Assembly: GCA_963815455.1 (NCBI GenBank)
Contig: CAWFGO010000001.1
Coordinates: 320,001-384,000, forward strand
Reading direction: 5' to 3'
Length of the DNA stretch: 64,000 nucleotides
DNA from: an uncultured Verrucomicrobiae bacterium
Lineage (GTDB): Bacteria > Verrucomicrobiota > Verrucomicrobiia > Chthoniobacterales > UBA10450
Under the pieces are notes generated by a model. It made no database searches, was not told the DNA's origin, and saw only the letters and a program-made list of their open reading frames with translations. Within the stretch, counting starts at the first letter, position 1. Each line of letters begins with the position of its first letter. The position numbers and the translations under genes are program-made. Below, piece by piece: positions 31,176 to 41,129 of this stretch.

Positions 31176-32054
31176 ATGAAACTCCCGCTGCTCTTCGCCT
31201 GCGTTTTCCTATTCGCGACGATGGCGGCCCGGGCACAAATCCAGGTCGATCTGAAATTGAAGCGTTTACAATATATCGCCCACGAACCGGTCATGGCGAC
31301 CATCGGCATTACCAATCTGGCCGGACGCGATGTCGATCTTCGCGATGCCGACGGCGAAGTTTGGTTTGGGTTCGAAGTGACTGGGAAAGAAGGGCAGCCG
31401 GTCGCACCGTTGCCGGTCGATAAATCCCCGTCGTCTTTGAAAATCGATGCGGGCAAGAAAGTGACCCAACGAATCAATCTCACCGAGCTTTATCCGGTCG
31501 AGGACTTCGGCACTTATCGCGTGCGTGCCCACATTTATTTCGCCGACTTGGGCAAGTATTTCTATTCCCAAACAAAAGTGTTTCAGGTGACCGATGCCCG
31601 ACCGATCTGGCAAAAGACAGTCGGGGTTCCCGAAGGAGCAGCCGGGCCGGGCAACGTGCGCACTTACTCGCTTCTAAGCAATCGGTTCCCCGATCACACG
31701 TCGCTCTACGTGCGGGTGGAGGACAAGGACCGAGGAATTGTCTATGCCACCTATTCGTTGGGCCGGAAGATCGCTTTCGACGAACCCCAGGCCGAGATCG
31801 ATCCCGCTAATCAACTTCATGTTTTACATTGCGCCGCGCCTCGCAGCTGGTCCTATTCTCATATCGGCTTAAATGGCGAACTACTTGCTCACTCCTCTTT
31901 TATGGAAACAAAAACCCGGCCACGGCTCACCCATACCGCCGATGGAACCGTGGCGGTGCGTGGAGGAATCCTCGACCAGCCGGCCGCAACCGCCGCCCAG
32001 GGCAAAGTCCCGAAGCTTTCTGATCGGCCGGCTGAAATGCCAAAGGACAACTAG
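31176..32054 (+). CDS. Exported hypothetical protein
   Basis: Signal peptide MKLPLLFACVFLFATMAARA; long open frame. Confidence 0.8.
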   Translation: MKLPLLFACVFLFATMAARAQIQVDLKLKRLQYIAHEPVMATIGITNLAGRDVDLRDADGEVWFGFEVTGKEGQPVAPLPVDKSPSSLKIDAGKKVTQRINLTELYPVEDFGTYRVRAHIYFADLGKYFYSQTKVFQVTDARPIWQKTVGVPEGAAGPGNVRTYSLLSNRFPDHTSLYVRVEDKDRGIVYATYSLGRKIAFDEPQAEIDPANQLHVLHCAAPRSWSYSHIGLNGELLAHSSFMETKTRPRLTHTADGTVAVRGGILDQPAATAAQGKVPKLSDRPAEMPKDN

Positions 32055-32055
32055 T

Positions 32056-33049
32056 ATGCGAGTGCGCTCTTTTCATGTCGTTTTCGTCGCCGGCTGGCTG
32101 TCGCTGGCGACAATCGCTTTAGCGCTTCCATCCCAGCAGGCCTTGCTCGACAAACTGCACAAGGACGAAGCCGCACGGAAGCGCGGCCGGGCCACTCCCA
32201 CTCCAACCCCCGCGCCGGCGCAAAACTATCAGCCCAGCCGCAGCACCACGCCGCCCAGCAGCCGTTCCTCCGGCCAGCCGAGCAGTCGTTCCTCGACCCA
32301 ACCGAGCAGTCGTCCTTCGACTGTCGTCGTGATCGATGCCGGCCATGGCGGCCACGATCGCGGGGGAATTCCCGGGCAGCGCATCTCGGAAAAAATAATG
32401 ACTCTCGACGTCGCACAACGCCTGAGGATGCATTCTCGCCTCCAATGGGTATCGCACGATCATGACCCGCGACAGCGATGTGTTTGTTCCACTGCCGACG
32501 CGCGTGGCCATCGCAAATTCCTATAGCAACTCCATTTTCGTCTGCATCCATTTCAATTCTGCCAGCCGCCGGGGAGCAAACGGCATCGAAACCTATTTTT
32601 ACAACTCGCAAAGCCTGGCCCTGGCCTCCGCGATTCATTATTACGTCTCGCGGGCTGCGCCATCGTTGAACCGCGGAGTTCGCCGTCGCGGTTATTACGT
32701 TCTGCGCAGAACGACGGTCCCATCCGTTCTGGTGGAATGCGGTTTCCTCACCAACCCGAGCGAAGCGCAGGTACGCCCAAAGCTCGAGCTATCGCCAAAC
32801 GTTGGCCGAACAAATCGCACGCGGAATTCGTTCGCGGACAAATGTGGCCAGCACTGAAAGCGTTCCGCTCCAGCCTTTCATCGATCAAACTCGCGTCCGC
32901 GACCCGGACATATCTCCCAGACGCAGATCGAAGAAGATCTTCGAGAAAGAAAAAGACCACCGCCGCTCACACAAAGAAAAGCAGCGGCGAAAAGCAGCGG
33001 CAGCGCAACCAAGAAGAAGAAATCAGTGGCGAAAAAATCGGAGGACTAA
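32056..33049 (+). CDS. N-acetylmuramoyl-L-alanine amidase (Amidase_3); several frameshifts
   Basis: VVIDAGHGGHD..EK, CIHFNS, VLVECGFLTN; Lys-rich tail. Confidence 0.85.
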
Positions 33050-34537
33050 TTGGACTCGCCGATTTTAAGCGCCGCGCAGATGCGCGAAGCGGAGGAAGCG
33101 GCTTTTGGGCGCGGAGCCGAGGTTGAAGCATTGATGGACAAGGCCGGCGCCGGAGTCGCCCGCACCGTCAGTAGATTTTTTCCGGATCCGGCCACCTGCA
33201 TCGTTTTTGCCGGCAAAGGCCACAATGGCGGCGACGCCCTGGTGGCCGCGGAGCATTTGAAACGCGCCGGCTGGAGGATCGACATCCGCCTCGGGTTCGC
33301 CGAGGAAGACGGCAGCGAGCTCACTCGCAAAAATTGCAGGCGTCTGCGCGACGCGCCGGAGAATCTCGGGCCGGAGCGGCTGCTGGCCCGGACCGTTGTT
33401 CTCGATGGTTTGCTGGGGGTGGGAGCCAGCCGCCTTTTGCGGCAGCCGATTCGCAACTGCGCGGCCGAAATCAATCGATTGCGCCGCGAAGAAAACGCGT
33501 TCGTGTTCGCTGTCGATCTTCCCACCGGTCTGGATGGGCATTCCGCCGAAGCCGATCCCGATTGCGTCCTGGCCGATTGCACGGTCACGATTGGTTTCGC
33601 CAAACATGGTTTGATCGAAGATGCCGCGCTCGACATTGTCGGCCGTCTTGAAGTCGTTCCGCTGCCTGAGCTCACGCCACCGGAGGCCGCGCGCACCGAA
33701 ACCCTGGCCGCCGCCCATTCGCTCCGTCCGATTTTGCCGCCGCGGAAATTCAGCGCCTACAAAAATCAATTTAAACGGATCGGCGTGGTGGCCGGTTCGA
33801 AGGGATTCATCGGCGCCGCGTTGATGACGACGGCGGGAGCGCTGCGCGCCGGCGCGGGCCTGGTGGAAGTTTTTGTTCCCGAAGATATTTACCCGATCGT
33901 GGCCACATCCGCGCCAGCGGAAGCGATGGTCAAACCGGTCCGCTCGTATCGCGGCCTGCTCGACTACGACAGCATCGACATCTGGGCGATCGGGCCGGGC
34001 CTGGGCACATCACACAGCAGCGACATTTTGAAGATTATCGAACGCGACGAACGGCCGATGATCGTCGATGCCGATGGATTGAACATGCTCGCGGATAAGA
34101 TCGGCATCCTCAAACAATGCCGCGGCCATCGACTGGTCACGCCGCATCCCGGAGAAATGAAGCGATTACTCGATCCCGGAAGAATGTCGCGCGCAGGCAT
34201 AGCCAAAAATTTCTGCGAAGAATTCCCGGTCACGCTCCTGTTCAAAGGCAGTCGCACAATCGTGGCCGAGCGCAGCCGCCCGCTAAGTTACAACGCCACG
34301 GGAAACCCAGGCATGGCCTCCGGCGGAATGGGCGACGTCCTCACCGGCGTATGCGCCGGATTGGTCGGCCAAAATCTCACGATGTACGATGCCGCCCGGC
34401 TCGGCGCCTGGGTCTGCGGCCGCGCCGCCGAGATCGCGGTCTTTCACTCCGGCGCAAGCGAACAATCCTTGCTCGCCACTGACGTAATCAATCACCTCGG
34501 CGACGCCTTTAACGATTTGCAAAACTCTTTTCCATAA
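33050..34537 (+). CDS. nnr: Bifunctional NAD(P)H-hydrate epimerase/dehydratase
   Basis: GKGHNGGD, DLPTG, GPGLG, DADG, TPHPGE, GGMGDVLTG. Confidence 0.93.
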   Translation: MDSPILSAAQMREAEEAAFGRGAEVEALMDKAGAGVARTVSRFFPDPATCIVFAGKGHNGGDALVAAEHLKRAGWRIDIRLGFAEEDGSELTRKNCRRLRDAPENLGPERLLARTVVLDGLLGVGASRLLRQPIRNCAAEINRLRREENAFVFAVDLPTGLDGHSAEADPDCVLADCTVTIGFAKHGLIEDAALDIVGRLEVVPLPELTPPEAARTETLAAAHSLRPILPPRKFSAYKNQFKRIGVVAGSKGFIGAALMTTAGALRAGAGLVEVFVPEDIYPIVATSAPAEAMVKPVRSYRGLLDYDSIDIWAIGPGLGTSHSSDILKIIERDERPMIVDADGLNMLADKIGILKQCRGHRLVTPHPGEMKRLLDPGRMSRAGIAKNFCEEFPVTLLFKGSRTIVAERSRPLSYNATGNPGMASGGMGDVLTGVCAGLVGQNLTMYDAARLGAWVCGRAAEIAVFHSGASEQSLLATDVINHLGDAFNDLQNSFP

Positions 34538-34574
34538 ACCCGCGTAATCGCATAGGTTCGCGACAGAACCCTCG

Positions 34575-34781
34575 TCACAGATTGCGAAATTCTTCTTCGG
34601 TCAATCGCGCCTGCTTGAGAATGCTGCGGAAAGTCCCTGTCGGAACATCTTGGGTGTGCATTGCAACATAAGTCTGCCGGCCATCCGCATGCCGCAAAAC
34701 GATATGCGACCCCGATTGGCGTCTAATCATAAATCCGGCGCGTTGCAGCCGCGCCAACACCTCACGCGCTTTGTAAGGCAC
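34575..34781 (-). CDS. hicA: HicA family toxin
   Basis: GF..RRQSGSH...H...[10 protein letters not shown]. Confidence 0.88.
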   Translation of the reverse strand: MPYKAREVLARLQRAGFMIRRQSGSHIVLRHADGRQTYVAMHTQDVPTGTFRSILKQARLTEEEFRNL

Positions 34782-35010
34782 TTTCGGAAATCTCGATGGT
34801 AGAGAAGAAGAACTCGGACTGCAGCCCAATCAATTCGCCCGCCGCCTTTTTTTCTGACAACCAGAGCTTCACCAAATCCTGCGCTGCGGCCCGCGCCCCT
34901 TCAATCCCCTCGCCATGCGTCGTAAGTCCCAACGCCGGCACATGGGCATAATAATAACCCGCCGGCAATTCCGCCGTCTCCGCTCTCTCGAATAAGATGC
35001 CGTAGGTCAT
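34762..35010 (-). CDS. hicB: HicB family antitoxin (short, no DNA-binding domain)
   Basis: [18 protein letters not shown]...AQD. Confidence 0.85.
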   Translation of the reverse strand: MTYGILFERAETAELPAGYYYAHVPALGLTTHGEGIEGARAAAQDLVKLWLSEKKAAGELIGLQSEFFFSTIEISESALQSA

Positions 35011-35026
35011 TTGAACAAGTATCGTA

Positions 35027-35599
35027 TCAAGCGCTTTGTTGGACAAGGTTCCAGAATTCCAGCTCTCTGCTCAGCAATCGTTCGATATAAGCATGATCGC
35101 GCTCGACAGGGAACAATAATTCGGGGTGACCAGGGCGGTAGCACCAAAAATCGACAGAATCGAACCCAGTAACTGCCAAAATGTGCTGCAACTGACCTCG
35201 GTGCCAGTCGGGAACGCAACCAGATCGGGAGACTCGACGATAGTTGGAATCTCCGCATTTTATTTCGACGACCGCATCGAAGCTGGCAGTAAACCCATCG
35301 AGGCTCGCGCGCAGCCAGTCGTATCGAGTACTTTGAAGGCAAGCGGGCCCTACATCTCGGCCGGTTCTCGCGGTGTAGCGGCGGCGAGCTTCGGGTTCAT
35401 CCCGGATTCCGCGAGTCATAGCTTGGTTCTGGCCAGAGTCTCTTGCTGATCCACGCTTTTCTCGAAGCAACTCCGATGGACTCTTGAGTCGGTTCTCGCC
35501 CATTATGATTGAGGCGTCGGATGAGCCGATTCCGTTATGGCGCCATTCTCGCCATTGGTCTGTTCCCTGTTGAAGCTCAATGATGGTGAAAGCATTCAT
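35027..35599 (-). CDS. YqaJ-like (lambda exonuclease-type) viral recombinase domain protein
   Basis: W.EWR..GIGSSD, G...EP.AR, ASLDG, EIKC, QLQH. Confidence 0.88.
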   Translation of the reverse strand: MNAFTIIELQQGTDQWREWRHNGIGSSDASIIMGENRLKSPSELLREKRGSARDSGQNQAMTRGIRDEPEARRRYTARTGRDVGPACLQSTRYDWLRASLDGFTASFDAVVEIKCGDSNYRRVSRSGCVPDWHRGQLQHILAVTGFDSVDFWCYRPGHPELLFPVERDHAYIERLLSRELEFWNLVQQSA

Positions 35600-35877
35600 G
35601 GGCAGCGCTCCACATCGATTTTGTTGTCCTGGTTCTCCTCTCCATTTTGCCAACGGATTAGAAACCATCCAGATCGTCCGACATCCAGTATTACACCAAT
35701 CGCGCGTTGACGCCGCGATTCCTGATCTTTCAAAATCCGTTCCCGGTCAGGATGGTTTGTACGCAGCGGCTGCAGGTGTCGCAGTTGGTATCGAACTCGT
35801 TGGCCTATCCATCGGCGACGGACGTCGGCGCGCGCTGGATTGCGAACCAGTGGAGGATCAGGTAATTCGACGTTCAT
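35596..35877 (-). CDS. Hypothetical protein
   Basis: ATGA-coupled to yqaJ; GQRVRY...GVILDV...FLIRWQNG. Confidence 0.5.
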   Translation of the reverse strand: MNVELPDPPLVRNPARADVRRRWIGQRVRYQLRHLQPLRTNHPDRERILKDQESRRQRAIGVILDVGRSGWFLIRWQNGEENQDNKIDVERCP

Positions 35878-36253
35878 TTGGTGGCCTTTCGTTCCTGGCG
35901 GCCTCAATCGCCATCTGACGACTTCGTTCGTCTCTTTGCAGTTTCCGAATGATTAGACCTTTTATCACTTCGGGATCTCGTTCTTCATCGGAGTGATAGT
36001 ACACCTCTGCACGAAAAGCCCACCACGTTTTGCGGCGCTCCGGCACATTCATGACAACCGTAGGCACCTGGTCCTGCTCCTCCAGCATATTCCGATATTC
36101 GTCTTCAGGAACTTCTCGAGAGAACAATTTGTTGCCAATAAAAACGTCGAACCGATGCGAAGGTGGCCTCCACTCGCGCTCGCCGAAAAAGATCCACTTC
36201 TTTGACCAAAACCCAGGCACTATCTCGAACCGGGCCGAATCATCACGCTTCAT
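35858..36253 (-). CDS. Hypothetical protein
   Basis: ATGA-coupled to the methyltransferase C-terminal remnant; 131 aa. Confidence 0.55.
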   Translation of the reverse strand: MKRDDSARFEIVPGFWSKKWIFFGEREWRPPSHRFDVFIGNKLFSREVPEDEYRNMLEEQDQVPTVVMNVPERRKTWWAFRAEVYYHSDEERDPEVIKGLIIRKLQRDERSRQMAIEAARNERPPNERRIT

Positions 36254-36620
36254 AGCATTTCCGTCTGTTTTTCGCGCGCGGACTCCCGCGCGGCCATTGC
36301 AAACGGATTGAGTTGTGGCGGCGCATCAATGCGTTCGGTTGCGTTGAGCAAACCTTCAACGGTCAGAATCTGAATACGCGGATAATCTTTGTCGTGCCAA
36401 AGCTTAGATGTGAAGCGACCAGCTTCGGCGGCTTCGGTGAGCATTTGTTTGCTTGGTTTTTCCAGTGTGATGAGAACACCGCCCGCCGTTTTTTGATTTC
36501 CAACGATCTCTCCGCCGAAAGCGTCTTTCAGTCGGCGCTTGATCAAATTGATCGCGAAATACGTGATGTCGATCCCGATCCACCGTCGATCTAACTTTTG
36601 GGCCGCATGAATCGTGGTGC
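36250..36620 (-). pseudogene. C-terminal remnant of a DNA methyltransferase-restriction endonuclease-like fusion
   Basis: TTIHAAQKLDRRWIGIDIT..AI.LIKRRL (just after motif I) joined to GVLITLE.P...M..EA...YPRIQILTVE.LL. Confidence 0.75.
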
Positions 36621-37298
36621 TCAGATAGAATCCCCCAAGAGTTCGAGAAGACAATCCAATCCATTTAAGTAGAGATCCCGATCCCAGTTCGGGCGCGTCT
36701 CGTCGAGTTGACTAATTAAACTGGTTATCTCTTCAATCGTCAGCTTCCGAACATTTGCGCCGCTCTCTCGCAGGTCGGATCGGAAATCATTATACTGCTC
36801 CAATAAAATCTCTGTGCGGCTTTCTTTGAAAGAGTTTCGTTCTGCTGCATACATGTCTGGGTGCAAACTAAGTCGGTCCAAGTTCCACGAATCCAATCGA
36901 TCGCACAGAGATGGATCTCTCTTTGCAGCGTCGAGTAGTTCGCTGGCTTCATTTTTGGTTACATTCGGAGGTGCAGACAATCCGAGATACTCGAGAAGAG
37001 CACGCTGTCGCTGCGTGGCAGGCTGGTGTTCCAAGATTCTGCTAACATCGTCCTTTGTAATATATTCGTCGTAATCGATGCCCATTCGCGTTAGCATTTC
37101 CTTTTGGGCTTCTGACGCCAAGATTCGCGCGCAGCACGGGAGAGTGGTGACGCGCGCCCAATCACTCATTCCTTCTTCAAAGTAAAAGTGACTCGGCAAT
37201 ACGGTTCCGAGCTTGAGCTGTTCTACGAGTTCGTCGCGCCTAAACGGCCCAAGGTCGCGCTTCCCGTTCCAAACGAAAATCTGTCGAACTTTGCCCAT
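36621..37298 (-). CDS. GYF_2 (DUF4339)-like domain protein with two tandem helical repeats
   Basis: GPF...L..G.......EGMSDW; ASEAQ..L..MG...TKDDVS and ATQRQ..L..LG...TKNEAS. Confidence 0.75.
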   Translation of the reverse strand: MGKVRQIFVWNGKRDLGPFRRDELVEQLKLGTVLPSHFYFEEGMSDWARVTTLPCCARILASEAQKEMLTRMGIDYDEYITKDDVSRILEHQPATQRQRALLEYLGLSAPPNVTKNEASELLDAAKRDPSLCDRLDSWNLDRLSLHPDMYAAERNSFKESRTEILLEQYNDFRSDLRESGANVRKLTIEEITSLISQLDETRPNWDRDLYLNGLDCLLELLGDSI

Positions 37299-37305
37299 TC
37301 GGTAA

Positions 37306-37671
37306 CTAAGGAGCTTCTTTGAGCACTCGATGAAGTTCGACGAGTCTTGGTCCCATCATCGCGAGGTAAGCCATCATCGGGGAATGTTTCAGAAAGCTGT
37401 GCAGCGCTTCCATGAGCGTCGTGACCGCGACGTTCGGGCAGTTGTCGATGAAATGGTGATAAGTGTCGGCGGCGTCGGCCCAGCTCCAGGTATCAGTGAA
37501 AGCGTGAAATTGCGCCTGACTCGCCTGCCCGCTCGGCTCGCGAAAGAGAACGTTGTAATCGGCGTTCGAATTAAACGGCGGATCGAGATAAACAAGATCG
37601 ACAGTGGCGTCGGGAAATTCTTTCCGGTCGGAAAGCCAGCGGAGATTGTCCCCGAAATAAAGGCGGTTCAT
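37306..37671 (-). pseudogene. N-terminal remnant of an N6/N4 DNA methyltransferase
   Basis: NRLYFGDNL, VDLVYLDPPFNS, AFTDTW, MAYL.MM..RL.ELHRVLK then abrupt stop. Confidence 0.85.
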
Positions 37672-37766
37672 GAGATCCTTCCCGCCGCGGCGGGTAAACT
37701 GTTTCGCTCAGGATGACATTGATTGGATGCAACGTCACGTTGCTCGCCGAAATAAAGGCGGTTCAT
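37652..37766. repeat. 20-bp direct repeat of the methyltransferase start bracketing half a GTCAT element
   Basis: CCGAAATAAAGGCGGTTCAT at 37652-37671 and 37747-37766; TTCGCTCAGGATGAC arm ends at 37717. Confidence 0.85.
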
Positions 37767-37853
37767 CGATCCAGGAATAGTAAGAGGTTCCTCCCAGCCT
37801 TCGCATAAAGCTACAAAATTGCTTTTCCCCGGCAGAGAGGATAAGACTTGGAT

Positions 37854-38084
37854 ATGAAGTTTACCCGCATAACCGTGAAGCCGATGCAGTTGGGCGGCGT
37901 GCCGTGCATTCGCGGTCTGCGCATCCCAGTTGCCACGGTTGTGGGTATGATGGCGGACGGCATGACCGAGGACGACATTCTTCGTGCCTATCCCGATTTA
38001 GAGGCGGACGACATTCGCGAGGCACTGCGATTTGCGGCTGAGTCGGTTCGTGAACGCGAACTGCCATTGCTCGCGCCCTCGTGA
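37854..38084 (+). CDS. DUF433 antitoxin
   Basis: [13 protein letters not shown]...YPDLE..DI.EAL.FAA. Confidence 0.9.
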   Translation: MKFTRITVKPMQLGGVPCIRGLRIPVATVVGMMADGMTEDDILRAYPDLEADDIREALRFAAESVRERELPLLAPS

Positions 38085-38452
38085 AGTTCCTTGTGGACAA
38101 TGCGCTCTCGCCGCTGCTCGCGGAGGGATTGCGTAGCGCAGGACACGACGCTGTCCACGTGCGGGATTACAATCTGCAAGCGGCGGACGATCCGTTGATT
38201 TTTGAGCGGGCACGAATTGAAGATCGCGTCGTAGTCTCTGCCGACACGGACTTTGGCGCGCTGTTGGCCGCATGGCCGCATAACAAGCCATCCTTTATCC
38301 TCTTTCGGCGCGGCACGGAGCGGCGGCCCGAAAGTCAATTGGGACTCCTGTTGGCGAACCTGTCTGCGATCAGTGAAGGTTTAGAGCGCGGGAGCGTTGT
38401 CGTCGTTGAGCAAGCGCGGATCCGTATCCGCGTTCTGCCAATTGGCGGCTGA
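38081..38452 (+). CDS. DUF5615 PIN-like toxin
   Basis: [18 protein letters not shown]...A, VSADTDFG. Confidence 0.88.
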   Translation: MKFLVDNALSPLLAEGLRSAGHDAVHVRDYNLQAADDPLIFERARIEDRVVVSADTDFGALLAAWPHNKPSFILFRRGTERRPESQLGLLLANLSAISEGLERGSVVVVEQARIRIRVLPIGG

Positions 38453-38469
38453 CCCCAGAATTTATTCAG

Positions 38470-39327
38470 ATGAATCAACCTGAAACCGCTGTGCCTGAGC
38501 CAGACAGTGTCTGGATTCGCACGAAAAAGGCGCTCGGTCCTGTGGCCGTCGTCGCGGTCATCGTCGCGAAGTTTTTCGCGAAGTTGAAGTTTTTCATTCT
38601 GCCGGCGCTGAAGTTTCTGCCGATGATTCTAAAATCGGGCGGCACCATGCTGCTGATGATCTGGGTTTATACCCAATTGTGGGGCTGGCAATTCGCTCTC
38701 GGGTTTGTGGTCCTCTTGCTCGTGCACGAGTGCGGACATTTGCTCGTAGCCAAAAAATTCGGGCTCAAAGTCGGCGCACCGGTGTTCATCCCGTTTATGG
38801 GCGCGTTCATCGCGCTCAAGGAAGCGCCGCGCAACGCCTGGATGGAAGCGTGCGTCGGCATTGGCGGGCCGATTCTGGGGACGTTGGGCGCGCTGGCTTG
38901 TAATTTGGTAGGCGAAGCGGCAGATGCGCCCGTCTTTTTCGCCATCGCCTGGTTCGGTTATGTTCTAAATCTGTTTAATCTGACCCCGGTCGGAATGCTC
39001 GACGGTGGCCGCATCGTGACCGCGCTGTCGCGCTGGCTATGGATTCCCGGATTTGCCGTGCTCCTCTGGTTTGGATGGAAATATCCGAATTTCATTGTCT
39101 GGCTAATCGTGCTGCTCTCCCTGCCGCGGATTTATTCTCTCTTTCGCAAGCAAACCGAGGAAGATCGACGCTATTTCGAAGTGACCCAGACCCAACGCTG
39201 GACGATGTCGATCTTATATTTTGGTCTCATCGCGGTCTTGCTTTTCGGCATACACGTTGCTCAGGAAGATCTGCACAAATACGGCGTCCGCGCTCATAAC
39301 AAGGGCAGCGACGCCATCGTGCAATAG
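38470..39327 (+). CDS. Site-2 protease (M50)
   Basis: HECGH, GGP, NLFNLTP.GMLDGG. Confidence 0.92.
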   Translation: MNQPETAVPEPDSVWIRTKKALGPVAVVAVIVAKFFAKLKFFILPALKFLPMILKSGGTMLLMIWVYTQLWGWQFALGFVVLLLVHECGHLLVAKKFGLKVGAPVFIPFMGAFIALKEAPRNAWMEACVGIGGPILGTLGALACNLVGEAADAPVFFAIAWFGYVLNLFNLTPVGMLDGGRIVTALSRWLWIPGFAVLLWFGWKYPNFIVWLIVLLSLPRIYSLFRKQTEEDRRYFEVTQTQRWTMSILYFGLIAVLLFGIHVAQEDLHKYGVRAHNKGSDAIVQ

Positions 39328-39417
39328 GGGTCTGGCCGCGAATTTCAGTCGACGTCTTGAGCTTGCCAAAAATCATTTTTCGTCGATACATCGACAGCGA
39401 CCCCCCTCATTCGACAT

Positions 39418-40343
39418 ATGAACAATCGCGCCCCAATCCGATTCCTACTCGTTAGCCTATTCTTGGCGACCGTCATCCCAGCCTTTGCCGAGAGTGAACG
39501 ATCGCCTCAACTTTCGGCAACACCGGCGCCCAAAGATGAAAATTCGCGCGATCTTTTCTCAATCGAAAGCGTCTACACGCTGAGCAGCGATTTTCGCAAC
39601 GAATCGCGCCTCGGGGATGGAGACTCGTTCTACACCGATTTTAGTTACGACCATCGTTTCCTGATTACCGGCAAATGGTATTTTCGGGCCGGTGTCGAAT
39701 ACGAACGCTACGATTTCGGGGGCACCGAACAACGGAATGCCGGACCATTTGCAAGCGGTTTACGGACACGTGGCGCTTGAATATCTGGTGCGCGATTTTC
39801 CGGGCATTTTTCTGGAATTCGACCCGGGCTTTTATTTCCAAAACAGCCTTACCGGTGACACGTTCGACATTCCGGCGAAAGGCGTTCGTGGTGATCCCCC
39901 TCCAGAAAGACAAGATCTACGGGCTGATCGGCCTGGCCGGTGGGCTCAACCAAAGTCCGGCGATCGCCCCCGGAGGCGGGATCATCTGGATTTTTTCGGA
40001 CAAGCTGCGGCTGGAAGGCGTGTTTCCAAAGCCCGCACTGGTGTATGAGCCAAACACCGATTGGCAGGTCCGGCTCCAAGGCGAGCTAATCTACCAGAGT
40101 TTTCGAACCGACGACGTCATAACGCCGCTGCACAAATTGCGAACCCACAACGCGGTTGTTCAATATAACGAGGATCGTCTCGGCGTGCAGGTGGGCTATT
40201 CCGGATTCAAACCTTTTAGGATCAGCGCCGGAGCCGGTTACACTTTTATCCGCAATTTCGATTTCTTCCGTCACGGCGTCCGCGAAAAATTGGAGCCGGC
40301 GCCGTTCTTCCGGTTGGCTGTCGAGGCTCGTTTTAACCACTAA
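39418..40343 (+). CDS. Outer-membrane beta-barrel (DUF6268-like); frameshifts near 39730 and 39880
   Basis: Signal peptide; consecutive beta-strand frames; terminal VEARF. Confidence 0.7.
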
Positions 40344-40411
40344 TTAACCCGCCTCGCGCCGCTACGGCGAGGCAGACACGAGCGGGACACTAATTTACAA
40401 ACCTCTCTCCT

Positions 40412-40516
40412 GTCATTCCGAGCGAAGTCGAGGAACCTCTTACTTTTCGCTCGTATCGAGAGCATATCCAAGCGAAGCGAGAATATTAGAGATGTCTCGA
40501 CTTCGCTCGACATGAC
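40412..40516. repeat. GTCAT...ATGAC-family palindromic element
   Basis: GTCATTCCGAGCGAAGTCGAGGAACCTC ... GAGATGTCTCGACTTCGCTCGACATGAC. Confidence 0.85.
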
Positions 40517-40574
40517 AGAGACAGGCGAACAGCACATTCGTGTTCATTCGCGTGTCCATCCGTGGTTAATTTTT

Positions 40575-40976
40575 TTACGGGAAAATCTCGTCGAGCTTGC
40601 GGGCGATGGCTTGACTGCCGCGCACTTTCAAGCGGCCGGTCAACACGGCCCATGTCCCTTTGAGTTTGCCATTGGAAATCGCGACCCAGGTCTTGTCGCT
40701 GGCAACAAAGGTCACGTCGGGATTGTCGATCTTACCCCTGCCCATTTTGAATTTTCCATCGTTCACTTCGAGCCACCAGCCGCCGCCATCCGGCCCGCTC
40801 AAGTCCCATTGGTAGCGGGCACGAACGCCGCGCGCGTTATCCGGTCGAAAGCTTTCTCGCATCCCATCGAAGACGTCCTGAGGCACGCGGTTCTCGGCGT
40901 CGTTGGACTCGGCCGCGGATAGGCCAGCGGAAAAGGCCATCATCGCCGTAATGAAAAACCAAAAACTTGTTTTCAT
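40575..40976 (-). CDS. SCP2 lipid-binding domain protein with signal peptide
   Basis: YQWDLSG..GG.W, PDVTF, A.LTGRLKVRG. Confidence 0.85.
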   Translation of the reverse strand: MKTSFWFFITAMMAFSAGLSAAESNDAENRVPQDVFDGMRESFRPDNARGVRARYQWDLSGPDGGGWWLEVNDGKFKMGRGKIDNPDVTFVASDKTWVAISNGKLKGTWAVLTGRLKVRGSQAIARKLDEIFP

Positions 40977-41000
40977 GTTTTGATCGCTCTCCGAAGCCTC

Positions 41001-41121
41001 GTCATTCCGGGCGAAGGAACAGCTTGCCCGCCGTGGCGGGAGGAAGCCCGTGGCAAAACCCTAAGACAGCTCCGCGGGATCCTTCGGCTTCGCTCCCGCC
41101 ACGGCCGGCAGGCAGGATGAC
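41001..41121. repeat. GTCAT...ATGAC element with nested mini-palindromes in both arms
   Basis: CCCGCCGTGGCGGG in left arm; CCCGCCACGGCCGGCAGGCAGG in right arm. Confidence 0.8.
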
Positions 41122-41129
41122 CGGCACGT

